Origin: a virus
Virus record (IMG/VR): IMGVR_UViG_3300034121_001395
DNA: 64,000 bases
Strand: one strand, 5' to 3'
Shown here: piece after piece, positions 47,500 to 57,839 of the stretch
Numbering within the stretch: position 1 is the first letter of the stretch
Layout of the letters: the number at the start of each line of letters is the position of its first letter
Position numbers and translations under genes: made by a program
The notes under the pieces: generated by a model
The model's database searches: none
What the model was told of the DNA's origin: nothing
What the model saw: only the letters and a program-made list of their open reading frames with translations

Positions 47500-48909
47500 A
47501 TGCCAACCGGTTATACAATAAACGGTACTGACTTTGATGAACTGTTTAAACCACGCGTAGGAACTGCTGGGGCGGCGTGTGGTTATAATGTAGTAACTTC
47601 TACAAACCCATACACGACTCAAGATTTAGCGAGCCGCTATGAGCCTAGTAGAGGAGCAGTGGATCGAATACCTGAATTTACGAGACTTAAAACATCAACT
47701 GGCATTGACCTGCGTGATTTGTTTATGAATGGCGGTTTTGAAATTATTCCTACATACACACTTGTTGCAAATAAAACTTCAATCAATGAAACGACTGACC
47801 GAACTGTAACCTTTACATTAACCACAACTGATGTGCCTAATGGAACAATCCTGTATGTGTCACTGTCTAGAACTGACTTGACATTAAGTGCAAGTACGAT
47901 TACAGTAAACTCTAACACAGCAAGTTTTAGCGCGACTGCAACAGATGACGCAGTTGCTGAAGGATATGTTACATTTCAGGCAATTCTTCGTACTGGTTCT
48001 CAGTCTGGTCCAGAGGTTGCACTCAGCAATGCTATTGGGTTGGTTGATTCTTCGATTCCAATTCCAACATATTCTATTGCCCCTTCATTATCTGCCATTA
48101 ATGAAGGGGGTTCAGTAACATTTAATGTCTCTACCACAAATGTTAATCCTGGAACTACATTATACTGGACCACATCTAGAACAGATTTGACGCCTAATAA
48201 TGGGAGTTTTATAGTATCTAGTGGCAGTAATTCTTTTGCAGTTACTGCAAACTTAGATAGTACAACTGAAGGATACACTACATTTACTGCAAGTTTACGC
48301 GCAGGAAGCGTGACTGGCGGAATTTTAACTACAAGCGGTACAGTTGGTATAAATGATACATCAACCACGCCAATAAATTATTCTATAGGTCTTAGAATTG
48401 ATGTATATCGAAATACTTCTGGTGGAAGAAATGGTAATGCTGATAACGGTAAAGTACGAGTTTTAATAAACCGTGATAGTGTTTTAAAATATGGATCAGA
48501 TGGTTATTGTAACGTGACTGTAAGAGTTTCAAATAACTTTATGGATCCAGATAAAGATGGAATAAATACTGGATATTATCTATTAAGACAATGGAATAAC
48601 ACAGTTTTTTCCGGATTTATTCCACTTACATCATTTAATTGGAATTTTACTCTCAGATTAACTGAACAAGAGTTAAAAACTAAAGTACCAAATACTGTTA
48701 TAGGTAGAGCAAATGATACAGGATATTATGATATTACAAGTACATTACCAACTCCATCGACAGCGGGATGGTCAGAAACTAATGGTATACCATGGGGTTC
48801 AAATACTACAATAACTATAAAAGATACTCTTGCAGGCACAACTAAAACTGGAATAGTATCATCGCATTTTAATGGTTATACTGATCAAGCATATCCAAAT
48901 TATTTTTAA
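47500..48909 (+). CDS. candidate fibre-tip adhesin with two Ig/Calx-beta-like repeats
   Basis: MPTGY...DFDELF N-terminus; two SINE(G)..VTF...TT.V..GT.LY...EG..TF...LR.GS repeats. Confidence 0.65.
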   Translation: MPTGYTINGTDFDELFKPRVGTAGAACGYNVVTSTNPYTTQDLASRYEPSRGAVDRIPEFTRLKTSTGIDLRDLFMNGGFEIIPTYTLVANKTSINETTDRTVTFTLTTTDVPNGTILYVSLSRTDLTLSASTITVNSNTASFSATATDDAVAEGYVTFQAILRTGSQSGPEVALSNAIGLVDSSIPIPTYSIAPSLSAINEGGSVTFNVSTTNVNPGTTLYWTTSRTDLTPNNGSFIVSSGSNSFAVTANLDSTTEGYTTFTASLRAGSVTGGILTTSGTVGINDTSTTPINYSIGLRIDVYRNTSGGRNGNADNGKVRVLINRDSVLKYGSDGYCNVTVRVSNNFMDPDKDGINTGYYLLRQWNNTVFSGFIPLTSFNWNFTLRLTEQELKTKVPNTVIGRANDTGYYDITSTLPTPSTAGWSETNGIPWGSNTTITIKDTLAGTTKTGIVSSHFNGYTDQAYPNYF

Positions 48910-48940
48910 TCATCATATTAAAATATTATAAATATAGAAT

Positions 48941-49276
48941 ATGGCTACATATTCTGATATTTTTATAGACCAGGGCAGTACATATTCCTCAACTATAGAT
49001 GTACTTGATGCTAATGGATTGCCTTTTAATTTGACTGGATATTCTGCTCGTGGTCAAATTCGTAAAAGTTATTCATCGACAAATGCAATAGCTTTTGCTA
49101 CAAATATTAATCTTCCTCTTACTGGTAAAGTCAATATTTCGTTGACATCAAGCCAAACTCGAGTCATGAAGTCTGGACGATATGTCTATGACGTTGAAAT
49201 TTATAATAATGGTGGTCATGTTATTCGTATAAGTGAAGGTCAAGTCGAGATTTCTCCAGCGTCAACACGTCCTTAA
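48941..49276 (+). CDS. small conserved virion protein (BppU-N-like)
   Basis: IDQG.T, NLTGY.ARGQIRKSY, GRYVYDVE, RI.EG...ISP; TATAAATA at 48927. Confidence 0.75.
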   Translation: MATYSDIFIDQGSTYSSTIDVLDANGLPFNLTGYSARGQIRKSYSSTNAIAFATNINLPLTGKVNISLTSSQTRVMKSGRYVYDVEIYNNGGHVIRISEGQVEISPASTRP

Positions 49277-49279
49277 TGC

Positions 49280-52200
49280 ATGTCAAATATAACTTCTACA
49301 ATAACACCTGACACTCTTATAACATCTACAGTATCATCACCAATTACTGTAAGTGTTTCTACATTTAGTGAGGGTGGACGCACACTTTCAGAGCTTACTG
49401 ACGTTGATTTACAAGGCGTAACATCTGGATCAATACTAATTTATGATACAAACGAATTTGTGTCACGCGCATTGACTGGTGATGTTACTATAAACTCTTC
49501 AGGAGTCACAACAATATCTCCAAATTCTGTGACACTTGGCAGTGATACAACTGGTCAATATGTGTCAACAATTGTTGGAACGTCAGATCAAGTTATTGTA
49601 GGTGGATCTGGAGTCGAGTCTGCTGCAGTTACACTAAGTTTACCACAATCCATAGCGCCTACATCGAGTCCTACATTTAATAATATTACACTAAGCGGGT
49701 CAATTACAAATGCTGATCTAACTGCTAAATTAAACGCTAAGGCACCATCTCATTCTCCTACATTTACTGGAACCGTAAGTGGAATTACAAAGGAGATGGT
49801 CGGACTGAGTGCTGTAGACAATACAAGTGATCTTAATAAACCAATTTCAACCGCAATACAGTCTGCGTTAAATACAAAAGTCAACGTAATAGTTGGAAAA
49901 GCACTTTCAGATGAAAATTATACAGCAATTGAAAAGACTAAGTTAGCTGGGATAGCAAATGGCGCAACCGCAAATTCAACTGATGCATATCTACTTGACC
50001 GAGCAAATCATACTGGCAGTCAATCATACACAACTATAACCGGCCTAGGCACACTTGCAACTCAAAGTGGGACTTTTAGTGGGACTTCAAGCGGTACAAA
50101 TACTGGTGACCAGACTATTACCCTTGGCGGCGATGCAAGTGGCAGCGGAACTGGATTATTAAATGTTACTCTATCTTCAACTGGAGTGTTTGCCGGAACA
50201 TATAATAATAGTGCTACAGTAGTCTCTCCACTTACAATAGACGTCAAAGGACGCATTACTGCAGTTGGAAATCCAATTACAATTTCTCCACACTGGAATT
50301 CGGTAACAAATAAGCCAACCACATTGTCTGGTTATGGCATCTCAGATGCTGTTGACCTGTCTAGCTCTCAAACTATAAGCGGGCATAAAGATTTTACAAG
50401 CAGTCCCACAGTTCCACTTATACCAACTGCTTCTGGACACGCTGCATCAAAAGCATATGTTGATACACTCTCTGAAGGACTGCATGTGCATGCTGCTACG
50501 CATGCGATTATCACCGGTCCATTATCGCAATATCTAGATGATGGAACTTATGTAATTTATAGCAATGGCACAAATGGAGTTGGAGCAAAATTAACAGTGT
50601 CTGCTCCAGTAACATGGACAACGGTTTTTAATGACTCTGATATTATAGTTGGCAGTCGAGTAATAATTGCTGGTCAAAGTACAAGTGCTCATAATGGTAT
50701 ATATGTTGTAAGTTCTAGCACCGAATTAACTCGTGCAGATGATTTTAATACTCCAACAGAAATGGCAGGAGGTGACTTTGTTTTTGTTACTCATGGAACA
50801 TACGCTGACACTGGTTGGGTACTCTCTGAGCCAGTGACTGAGGTTGGTGCAACTGCAGTAATATTCACACAATTTTCTGGAGCAGGCACATATGAAGCTG
50901 GGTCGGGACTCTCTCGCGATGGCACAACATTTTCAGTAAAAAGTGCTGGTATTGATAGAATCATTGTTGATGTGCTTGGCGTTGATCTTGCAAGGACTGG
51001 AATATCAACTGGCACATATCGTTCAGTGACTGTTGACTCTTATGGGCGAGTCACAGCTGGCAGCAATCCGACTACATTAAACGGTTATGGAATTACAGAT
51101 GCGGCATCTTCAACTGCTCTAAGCAATCATATTAGCGATGCTACAGTTCACCTAACAAGCACACAAAATACGCTGCTTGATGGCATCACTGTGACATCTG
51201 AAAAGGTTAACTATCTGTCTAACGTCACATCAAATATACAGAGTCAACTTGACGGCAAGAGTGCAAGCGGTCATACACACTCTGCTGCAACTACAAGCGT
51301 CGCTGGATTTTTATCAGCAAGTGATAAATCTAAACTTGATGGTATTGCTGCAGGCGCCGAGGTAAATGTTAACGCTGACTGGAGCGCAGCGAGTGGAGAC
51401 ACCCAAATTTTAAATAAACCAACCACGCTGTCTGGATATGGCATTACTGATGCTGTAAATTTAACTGGCACTCAAACTATAACTGGAACAAAAACGATAA
51501 ATGCTCCAGTCACGATGAATAGTAATTTTCTTACGATTCAAAGTGATGCATTAAACCCATCATACGGTTTAAAGATAGCAAATACAAATTCATTTGATCC
51601 TGGAACGCCGTTGCTTGTTGACGGTCGAGCACGATTTGTGCATGGTGTATCATTTGCAGCAGGCATAACAAACTTTACGAATAATAGCGATCACACACAC
51701 GTTCAATGGACAGCTCAAGGTCGTGGTAATTGGCAGATGATTCAAAATGGTGGAACAAGTTCTACCAATAGAAATACATTTTTACTAACGACTGTAGGAT
51801 CCACTGCATCGCAAACGTTTTTTAATGAGTCGAATGCATACAACGTTGATACTACGGGTGTAGTAGCAAGCAGCGTCTCTCCATTTATCGCGACTGGAAT
51901 AAAGGTAAACTATAATACTGCTGGTTCTGGACTAGCGATTGGAGACTATGTGCAAATTACGTTTAATCCTGGCGCTGCGGGTGTTGTAGCAAATACCTAT
52001 CCAGGTGTTGTAACTGCTGGTCCTACCGCAGTTACGATTGCTGGTACTACTAAACATCAATATACATTTTCATTAGAAAATTTTAGTAGCGTTAACTGGG
52101 TGGCAGCGTCTGCGCGCGCTGAATTAATCTACTTAAATTCGAGTAGCGTTAATAACGTTCGCGTCTCTTATGCGCCTACACAAATTGATGGCACTCGAGT

Positions 52201-54037
52201 GTCGTTAACTGGCAACTATTCTGGAATTGGAAGATATGTGCTTGTTAATATCACTGGTCATACTGCATTCGAAGGTCAAAGTGCAGTTCTTGTAATAAAC
52301 ACTACATCAAAAATTGGTCTTGCTGTTGGAAGCTATAACTGTTTTGTTAAGCGCGTGATTGGCTCTAATAGTTTTGTAATTTCTGTCGGCAACGCTATAA
52401 ATGGTTGGTCGTCTACAAGCGGATCGACTGGAAGCGCTGGATGGATTCTTTATAAAGGATCAACAGATGCGGTTCATCAATACACGCCTGCGCTTCAACA
52501 TTTTTACTATCAGCGCTTTCCGACATCTGACACGTCACCGACAACTACTGGTGGAAACCGAAACGTAGCGCTAGGAAACAGCGCAGAGGTTGACGGTGAC
52601 TTTTCATATTCTTTAGGTCATAAGTCTGCTGTCTATGGAGCACACTCAGTAGCTCTTGGCGGAGAAGACAGTTTTGTCACTGGCAACTATTCTACGACGC
52701 TTGGCGGTCAAGGACTAGTTTCATCTGGAGCATATCAGACGATTATCGGCAAGTATAACACGATTGATTCATCAAACACAAAACCATTCATCGTTGGTTG
52801 GGGATCAAGTGACTCTAGTCGATCCAACCTTTTAGAGTTATCAAACACCACTCTTACACTAAACACTGCAATAAATGCAAGCGGCTCAGCGACTGCATCG
52901 TCATTTATAAGACTTGGTGGAACAAGTTCTCAGTTTTTAAAAGCTGACGGAAGTGTTGATTCAAATACATACAGCGTTTCAGGTCATACACATGTCACAT
53001 CGCAAATAACTGACCTATATCAACCATCGCCACAACAAGATCCTGATGCAACTTCAAATATAACTGTAGGTGGTACGCTCTATATAAAGACTGGTGCACA
53101 ATATTATGAGGAGTCAGGAAACAACAATAATTGGCTTAATTATAATTCTAGCATCAATCGTTGGCAACTAGGCGATAATGTAGATGGTGTGTATGCAACT
53201 TCTACAAGTGATGGGTTCTATCCTTGGCTTGCAACATGGAGCGGATATAGTGTTGAAAAATATTCATATCCACGAATAGTGGGTGCTCTATTGGCATCAA
53301 TGGCGTCTGATGGAGTTTCAAATTACGCAGCTCGCGCAGATCACGTTCACCCGCTTCCTTCTGCACTTCAAGTTGGAGCAGCACCATTAGTTGGTGGAAA
53401 GATTCCAATAGAATATATTCCATCTGCATCAGATGATGTGCTTGTGTTTAATAGCAGAGCAAACTTTCCAGTAACAGGAGAGACTGGAAAGGTCTATATT
53501 GCACTCAATGAAACATACTTTAACAATATTTATTATGAAGCTGAGAGAATGTATGTTTGGCAAGATGCTTCTTTTCCTTCTCGTTATATAGAATGTGCGC
53601 CGTTAAGTGACCTTAATCCATCAAATAGCCAGGCATCTTTTATTGCAAACATATCGGGTAATTCTGTATTATTTAGACCATCAGGTCTAACTGGAGATCG
53701 CAATCAATATAAGTCTATACTTAACGAAACTTATACTTTTTATAACACTGGACGATGGAAGATAATATCATATGGAGAAGAAACTTATACTGAAGCTGAA
53801 GCTAATCTTGGAACTGAACTTTATCCATGGCAAGCTACTTGGCCAAGTACTTCAGTTTCTCGCTATCCAGTTTCATACAATTCAAATGCAATTCCACGAC
53901 CGCTCTCCTCGGTCGCTAGCAGCGGAACAAGCGGCCGCTCTGCTCGAGCAGATCATGTTCATCCGCTTCCAACTGCAGCAGAAGTTGGTGCGACCACAGA
54001 AAACTTCGCAATTGCAATGGCTATAGCTCTAGGTTAA
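49280..54037 (+). CDS. long tail fibre protein (1585 aa)
   Basis: LSELTDVD, RANHTGSQ, KPTTLSGYGI.DA repeats, YadA-like head repeats, ARADHVHPLP twice, C-terminal AIAMAIALG. Confidence 0.85.
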   Translation: MSNITSTITPDTLITSTVSSPITVSVSTFSEGGRTLSELTDVDLQGVTSGSILIYDTNEFVSRALTGDVTINSSGVTTISPNSVTLGSDTTGQYVSTIVGTSDQVIVGGSGVESAAVTLSLPQSIAPTSSPTFNNITLSGSITNADLTAKLNAKAPSHSPTFTGTVSGITKEMVGLSAVDNTSDLNKPISTAIQSALNTKVNVIVGKALSDENYTAIEKTKLAGIANGATANSTDAYLLDRANHTGSQSYTTITGLGTLATQSGTFSGTSSGTNTGDQTITLGGDASGSGTGLLNVTLSSTGVFAGTYNNSATVVSPLTIDVKGRITAVGNPITISPHWNSVTNKPTTLSGYGISDAVDLSSSQTISGHKDFTSSPTVPLIPTASGHAASKAYVDTLSEGLHVHAATHAIITGPLSQYLDDGTYVIYSNGTNGVGAKLTVSAPVTWTTVFNDSDIIVGSRVIIAGQSTSAHNGIYVVSSSTELTRADDFNTPTEMAGGDFVFVTHGTYADTGWVLSEPVTEVGATAVIFTQFSGAGTYEAGSGLSRDGTTFSVKSAGIDRIIVDVLGVDLARTGISTGTYRSVTVDSYGRVTAGSNPTTLNGYGITDAASSTALSNHISDATVHLTSTQNTLLDGITVTSEKVNYLSNVTSNIQSQLDGKSASGHTHSAATTSVAGFLSASDKSKLDGIAAGAEVNVNADWSAASGDTQILNKPTTLSGYGITDAVNLTGTQTITGTKTINAPVTMNSNFLTIQSDALNPSYGLKIANTNSFDPGTPLLVDGRARFVHGVSFAAGITNFTNNSDHTHVQWTAQGRGNWQMIQNGGTSSTNRNTFLLTTVGSTASQTFFNESNAYNVDTTGVVASSVSPFIATGIKVNYNTAGSGLAIGDYVQITFNPGAAGVVANTYPGVVTAGPTAVTIAGTTKHQYTFSLENFSSVNWVAASARAELIYLNSSSVNNVRVSYAPTQIDGTRVSLTGNYSGIGRYVLVNITGHTAFEGQSAVLVINTTSKIGLAVGSYNCFVKRVIGSNSFVISVGNAINGWSSTSGSTGSAGWILYKGSTDAVHQYTPALQHFYYQRFPTSDTSPTTTGGNRNVALGNSAEVDGDFSYSLGHKSAVYGAHSVALGGEDSFVTGNYSTTLGGQGLVSSGAYQTIIGKYNTIDSSNTKPFIVGWGSSDSSRSNLLELSNTTLTLNTAINASGSATASSFIRLGGTSSQFLKADGSVDSNTYSVSGHTHVTSQITDLYQPSPQQDPDATSNITVGGTLYIKTGAQYYEESGNNNNWLNYNSSINRWQLGDNVDGVYATSTSDGFYPWLATWSGYSVEKYSYPRIVGALLASMASDGVSNYAARADHVHPLPSALQVGAAPLVGGKIPIEYIPSASDDVLVFNSRANFPVTGETGKVYIALNETYFNNIYYEAERMYVWQDASFPSRYIECAPLSDLNPSNSQASFIANISGNSVLFRPSGLTGDRNQYKSILNETYTFYNTGRWKIISYGEETYTEAEANLGTELYPWQATWPSTSVSRYPVSYNSNAIPRPLSSVASSGTSGRSARADHVHPLPTAAEVGATTENFAIAMAIALG

Positions 54038-54052
54038 TATAAATATATCTAC

Positions 54053-54559
54053 ATGAAGAAGTTAATAACAAATTACACTTTCAATGCCACGGCGCAGACG
54101 ATAACGTTTGTCGATCAAACTTCTATAGATCTTGAAAGTGTGTTGTTGATTACTAATGTCACCTCTAACGTTATCGTCTATAATTTTGCAAATCCTGCGC
54201 AAGGTGGAAGTGTTGCTGGTAATGTCTTATCGTTAAACTATGACACTACATTAATGTCAAACAGTGACGCTCTTCAAGTATATTATGATGATGGAGTTGA
54301 GTCTGCGTCTGAAATTACTGCCGAGGCAATTGTAGATGCCGTATTAACACTTAAACGTATCGCAAAAAATATGGAGTCTCTTCAGGTTGTAGACTCTAAC
54401 CAACGTCAGCGCGTTAACGTTGAAGCTGTGCCAACTATTGCGACTGTTACCACTCTTGGTAATATTGCAGGTATAGGTGGTATTGATCCGCGTTGGCAAA
54501 CTATAGATTGGGCGCGTGCTGCTGCAGACACACTTCGAACAAAATTAACATTCTCTTAA
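54053..54559 (+). CDS. fibre-associated protein
   Basis: YTFNA...TI.F, LLITNVT....YNFA, L.YDT..MS.SD.LQ.YY; TATAAATA at 54038. Confidence 0.7.
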   Translation: MKKLITNYTFNATAQTITFVDQTSIDLESVLLITNVTSNVIVYNFANPAQGGSVAGNVLSLNYDTTLMSNSDALQVYYDDGVESASEITAEAIVDAVLTLKRIAKNMESLQVVDSNQRQRVNVEAVPTIATVTTLGNIAGIGGIDPRWQTIDWARAAADTLRTKLTFS

Positions 54560-54577
54560 AACAAATATACATAAATT

Positions 54578-57451
54578 ATGTCAGTAACTAGTCAGTTAAA
54601 ACCAATAGTCGATCTTCCAGTATTTGAATGGGCAAGATTTTTACCAGCAAACACAAGCAACAGTTCATGCTTTACCAAAGATGATCGATATATCTATTAT
54701 ATCTATACTACGGCATTTTGGCGCTATGACACATACAACGACTCTTGGCAGCAACTAGCGACCCCAGTTCTTGGCATTGGTAACTGCACTGCAATGGAAT
54801 ATTGCAAGACTCAAGGATATTATGGTCGAGCAATCAGTGCAGGTGGTGGAAATAATACCATTCAACTTGCTGGACTTGTAGGAAATCGTCTTGTCGGACA
54901 AAAGATTCGTATAATTTCTGGAACTGGTGCTGGCCAAGAGCGTACAATTACTGCAGTGTCTGCTCCTACTATACATGATCGTGGAATAGTTACTGACTCA
55001 TCTAACCTTGGTTTAACAGATGGCTCTACTGGTATTGGTGCAAAGGCTTGGAGAATTAATCAATGGCGTGACTATCAAGTACGTCTTGACTATTCTGCTG
55101 GTACTGGTGGTCAAACACAATGTCGTCCGATTTTAAATAATCGTGCAACTGTATTAAACTGGTATGTTGCTGACTATGCAACAATTGATCCTTGGTGGGG
55201 ACGTCTAACAAACCCAGCTACGAGTAACACTGCAGGTACCCAAACATTGTATCAAATTGAGTCGCACGTTGCTACAGTTGATAGCAACTGGGATGTAAAT
55301 CCTGATGCATCTTCAAAATTTGTAGTTATGGGTGGTGGAATATGGGCAATGTCAACTGTAACTGGTTCATATTCATTTCAATATTATGATGTTCTTGCTG
55401 ACGCTTGGTATTATAAAAGTTCACAGGACAATATGTTGCCTGCTGCTCTCGGTACTGAAGCCTCTCTTGCGGTAATTTCCGAAGAAGACACTCCTCCATT
55501 AAGTGGTACAGCAAGTGCCGCAACTGATATGTCATTGGTTGATAGCAGCAAAAATTTAGCTCATAATCAGTATGCCAACTTTGAAATTCGAATCACTGGA
55601 GGTACAGGTCGTGGACAGGCTCGTACAATATTAGCAAACACAGCTACAACATTTTACGTCACTCGTCGCTGGGATGTTAATCCAAACAACACATCAACAT
55701 ATGAAATCTATAGCGACACTGGTAAAATTTGGTTTATCGGTGATGGTCGTAGTCAAACATATCAATATAGTCTAGAGAGTGATCAATTTTCATTAGGTCG
55801 TCAGTTAGATTATGGTGCTGCACGTATAGGTGGCGCTGCATTGCCTGGTCAAGATGCTATTCCTCTTACATCTATAACAAAGGCAACAGGCGGCGTAACT
55901 GTATTAAATCCAACTCCAACTGCTGGAGGTAGTGGTTATCTTGCTGATCAAATATTAACAATTTCAACTGGCGGTACTAATGCGACTGCACGTATTACCA
56001 GCGTTAACGCTTCAGGCGCAGTATTGTCTGTAGCACTTGAAACATGCGGATCTGGATATACAACTGGTGCAAGTAAAGCTACAACAGTAAACGTAACTGG
56101 TGGGTCTGGCTGTACTCTGGATATTACAACTATCGGTGATATTGCTACAGTAACTACACCATACTTCCATAACTTTAAACATGGAGAAGTTGTTACTATA
56201 TCTGGTGCGTCTGCTGCAAATTATAATGGAGCAAAAACAATACTAGGCATTCTTACACACACTACATTTCAATATATTGCTCCAGCCGACGCTGCTCCAA
56301 CCTTTGGCTCGCACAGCGCGACTACACTAATCGACTCTTCTAAAAATTGGATTGTAAATGAACATGCCGGTAAGATTTTACAATATACTGCATCGGTAGG
56401 TCCAACAAATTCAGAAAACAAACGACGTATTGTAAGTAATACCGCAAATACTATTACGTTTGTTTCTGGCACTACTCCTACAAACGGAACAACACGATAT
56501 GTTATATATGATGTAAAGCCGTTTGGCACTGAAATGTCGATGTATGCCCGCACTGCCGGTGGACGTGCAGGAATTGCTACTGGAGGTACATCTACATCAC
56601 TTACTGACACTACTAAAAATTGGCCTGTTAACTATTGGAGCAATACGCTTCCATCGGGCGCAAGCAATACTGGACGTAAAGTAAAAATTATTGCCGGAAC
56701 CGGAGTAGGTCAGGAACTGACAATTACTTCAAACACAGCAAACACTTTAAATTTTGCAAGCGCAACTGCGCCAGACGCAACTAGTGTCTATGTTATTATG
56801 GATTGTCATGGAGTTGCAACAAGCACAAGTTCAACATCACTCACTGATACAACTCAAAACTGGGCAACAAATATTTGGGCTGGTAAACGTTTACGTATTA
56901 CGTCTGGAGCGTCTTCAGGATCTGCAGACACTGAAGTTACTATAACTTCTAACACTCAAACTACACTAACATTTGGTGCTGTAACCAACACACCTGACTC
57001 TAACTGTACATACGCTATTCTTGAAGTTCCACCACGCGGTGCTGGTACAAATCTCGTTGGTGCTAAAGATTCTACAGACGCATCGCTAAACAGTCGTTAT
57101 CTGTATGCATGGAGAGGCGCAGCTACTTCTGAGATTGCACGTTATAATATTAACACAGAACAATATGACTTGCTAACATACTTCCCACTCACAGAGACAC
57201 TAACTACAGGCTCTATGTATGCATATGATGGAGTTGATAGAGTGTATTTTACAAAAGAAGCAACTGGTCGTATAATGTATTATGATATTGTAAAAAATAT
57301 AACAGTTCCTGCCGGCACAATTCCTTATGGTATGGGTACTGCTCAGATTGGTGATCGCATGGAAATATTTACTACACCAGATGGTCTTAAATATTTGTAT
57401 ATAGCACGTCATTCAAGTACTGAACTATGGAGAACGCTACTTTTTAATTAA
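54578..57451 (+). CDS. large propeller/repeat virion protein, candidate adhesin
   Basis: Kelch-like FWRYD...DSWQ.L blades plus repeated LTD..KNW..N.W.G..VRI..GTG.GQ...I.SNT units. Confidence 0.7.
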   Translation: MSVTSQLKPIVDLPVFEWARFLPANTSNSSCFTKDDRYIYYIYTTAFWRYDTYNDSWQQLATPVLGIGNCTAMEYCKTQGYYGRAISAGGGNNTIQLAGLVGNRLVGQKIRIISGTGAGQERTITAVSAPTIHDRGIVTDSSNLGLTDGSTGIGAKAWRINQWRDYQVRLDYSAGTGGQTQCRPILNNRATVLNWYVADYATIDPWWGRLTNPATSNTAGTQTLYQIESHVATVDSNWDVNPDASSKFVVMGGGIWAMSTVTGSYSFQYYDVLADAWYYKSSQDNMLPAALGTEASLAVISEEDTPPLSGTASAATDMSLVDSSKNLAHNQYANFEIRITGGTGRGQARTILANTATTFYVTRRWDVNPNNTSTYEIYSDTGKIWFIGDGRSQTYQYSLESDQFSLGRQLDYGAARIGGAALPGQDAIPLTSITKATGGVTVLNPTPTAGGSGYLADQILTISTGGTNATARITSVNASGAVLSVALETCGSGYTTGASKATTVNVTGGSGCTLDITTIGDIATVTTPYFHNFKHGEVVTISGASAANYNGAKTILGILTHTTFQYIAPADAAPTFGSHSATTLIDSSKNWIVNEHAGKILQYTASVGPTNSENKRRIVSNTANTITFVSGTTPTNGTTRYVIYDVKPFGTEMSMYARTAGGRAGIATGGTSTSLTDTTKNWPVNYWSNTLPSGASNTGRKVKIIAGTGVGQELTITSNTANTLNFASATAPDATSVYVIMDCHGVATSTSSTSLTDTTQNWATNIWAGKRLRITSGASSGSADTEVTITSNTQTTLTFGAVTNTPDSNCTYAILEVPPRGAGTNLVGAKDSTDASLNSRYLYAWRGAATSEIARYNINTEQYDLLTYFPLTETLTTGSMYAYDGVDRVYFTKEATGRIMYYDIVKNITVPAGTIPYGMGTAQIGDRMEIFTTPDGLKYLYIARHSSTELWRTLLFN

Positions 57452-57455
57452 TCTT

Positions 57456-57611
57456 ATGACAATAGAAGAAATCAAACAGATACTACAAAATAAATTAAAC
57501 GATTTAACCAATCGGAAAAACCTTGCATATATGTCTGGTGATCTAGCGACATACACATCACTAGACACTGAAATAGCTGAAACTCAAGCCACGCTTGTTA
57601 AGTTAGGCTAA
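57456..57611 (+). CDS. small coiled-coil protein (51 aa, not in ORF track)
   Basis: MTIEEIKQILQNKLNDLTNRKNLAYMSGDLATYTSLDTEIAETQATLVKLG*. Confidence 0.7.
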   Translation: MTIEEIKQILQNKLNDLTNRKNLAYMSGDLATYTSLDTEIAETQATLVKLG

Positions 57612-57785
57612 CTTAACCTCTTCAAACTCTTCTTTCGAGAGATGTAGTTTTGCAGAGTTTGCTTTAAAAAATATCTTGTCTCCTTCTTTTTTATAGACAA
57701 CAATATAGTCGACAATGCCGACATTCATACTGCGGAGAAGATCTTTAAATTCACTGTTGATATAGACTTTTTCATTTAGTTTCAT
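57603..57785 (-). CDS. small hypothetical protein
   Basis: MKLNEKVYINSEF...; AATAAATA lies 8 nt upstream on the minus strand. Confidence 0.55.
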   Translation of the reverse strand: MKLNEKVYINSEFKDLLRSMNVGIVDYIVVYKKEGDKIFFKANSAKLHLSKEEFEEVKLA

Positions 57786-57802
57786 ATAGATAGTATTTAT
57801 TG

Positions 57803-57831
57803 TGTACATGCTCAATAAACTATGATAAAAT
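57803..57831 (+). promoter_or_regulatory. early sigma70-type promoter for the glf operon
   Basis: TGTACA-17 nt-TAAAAT with TG extension; same TTGTGTAC -35 context as the promoter at 1776. Confidence 0.7.
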
Positions 57832-57839
57832 AAAAATAT

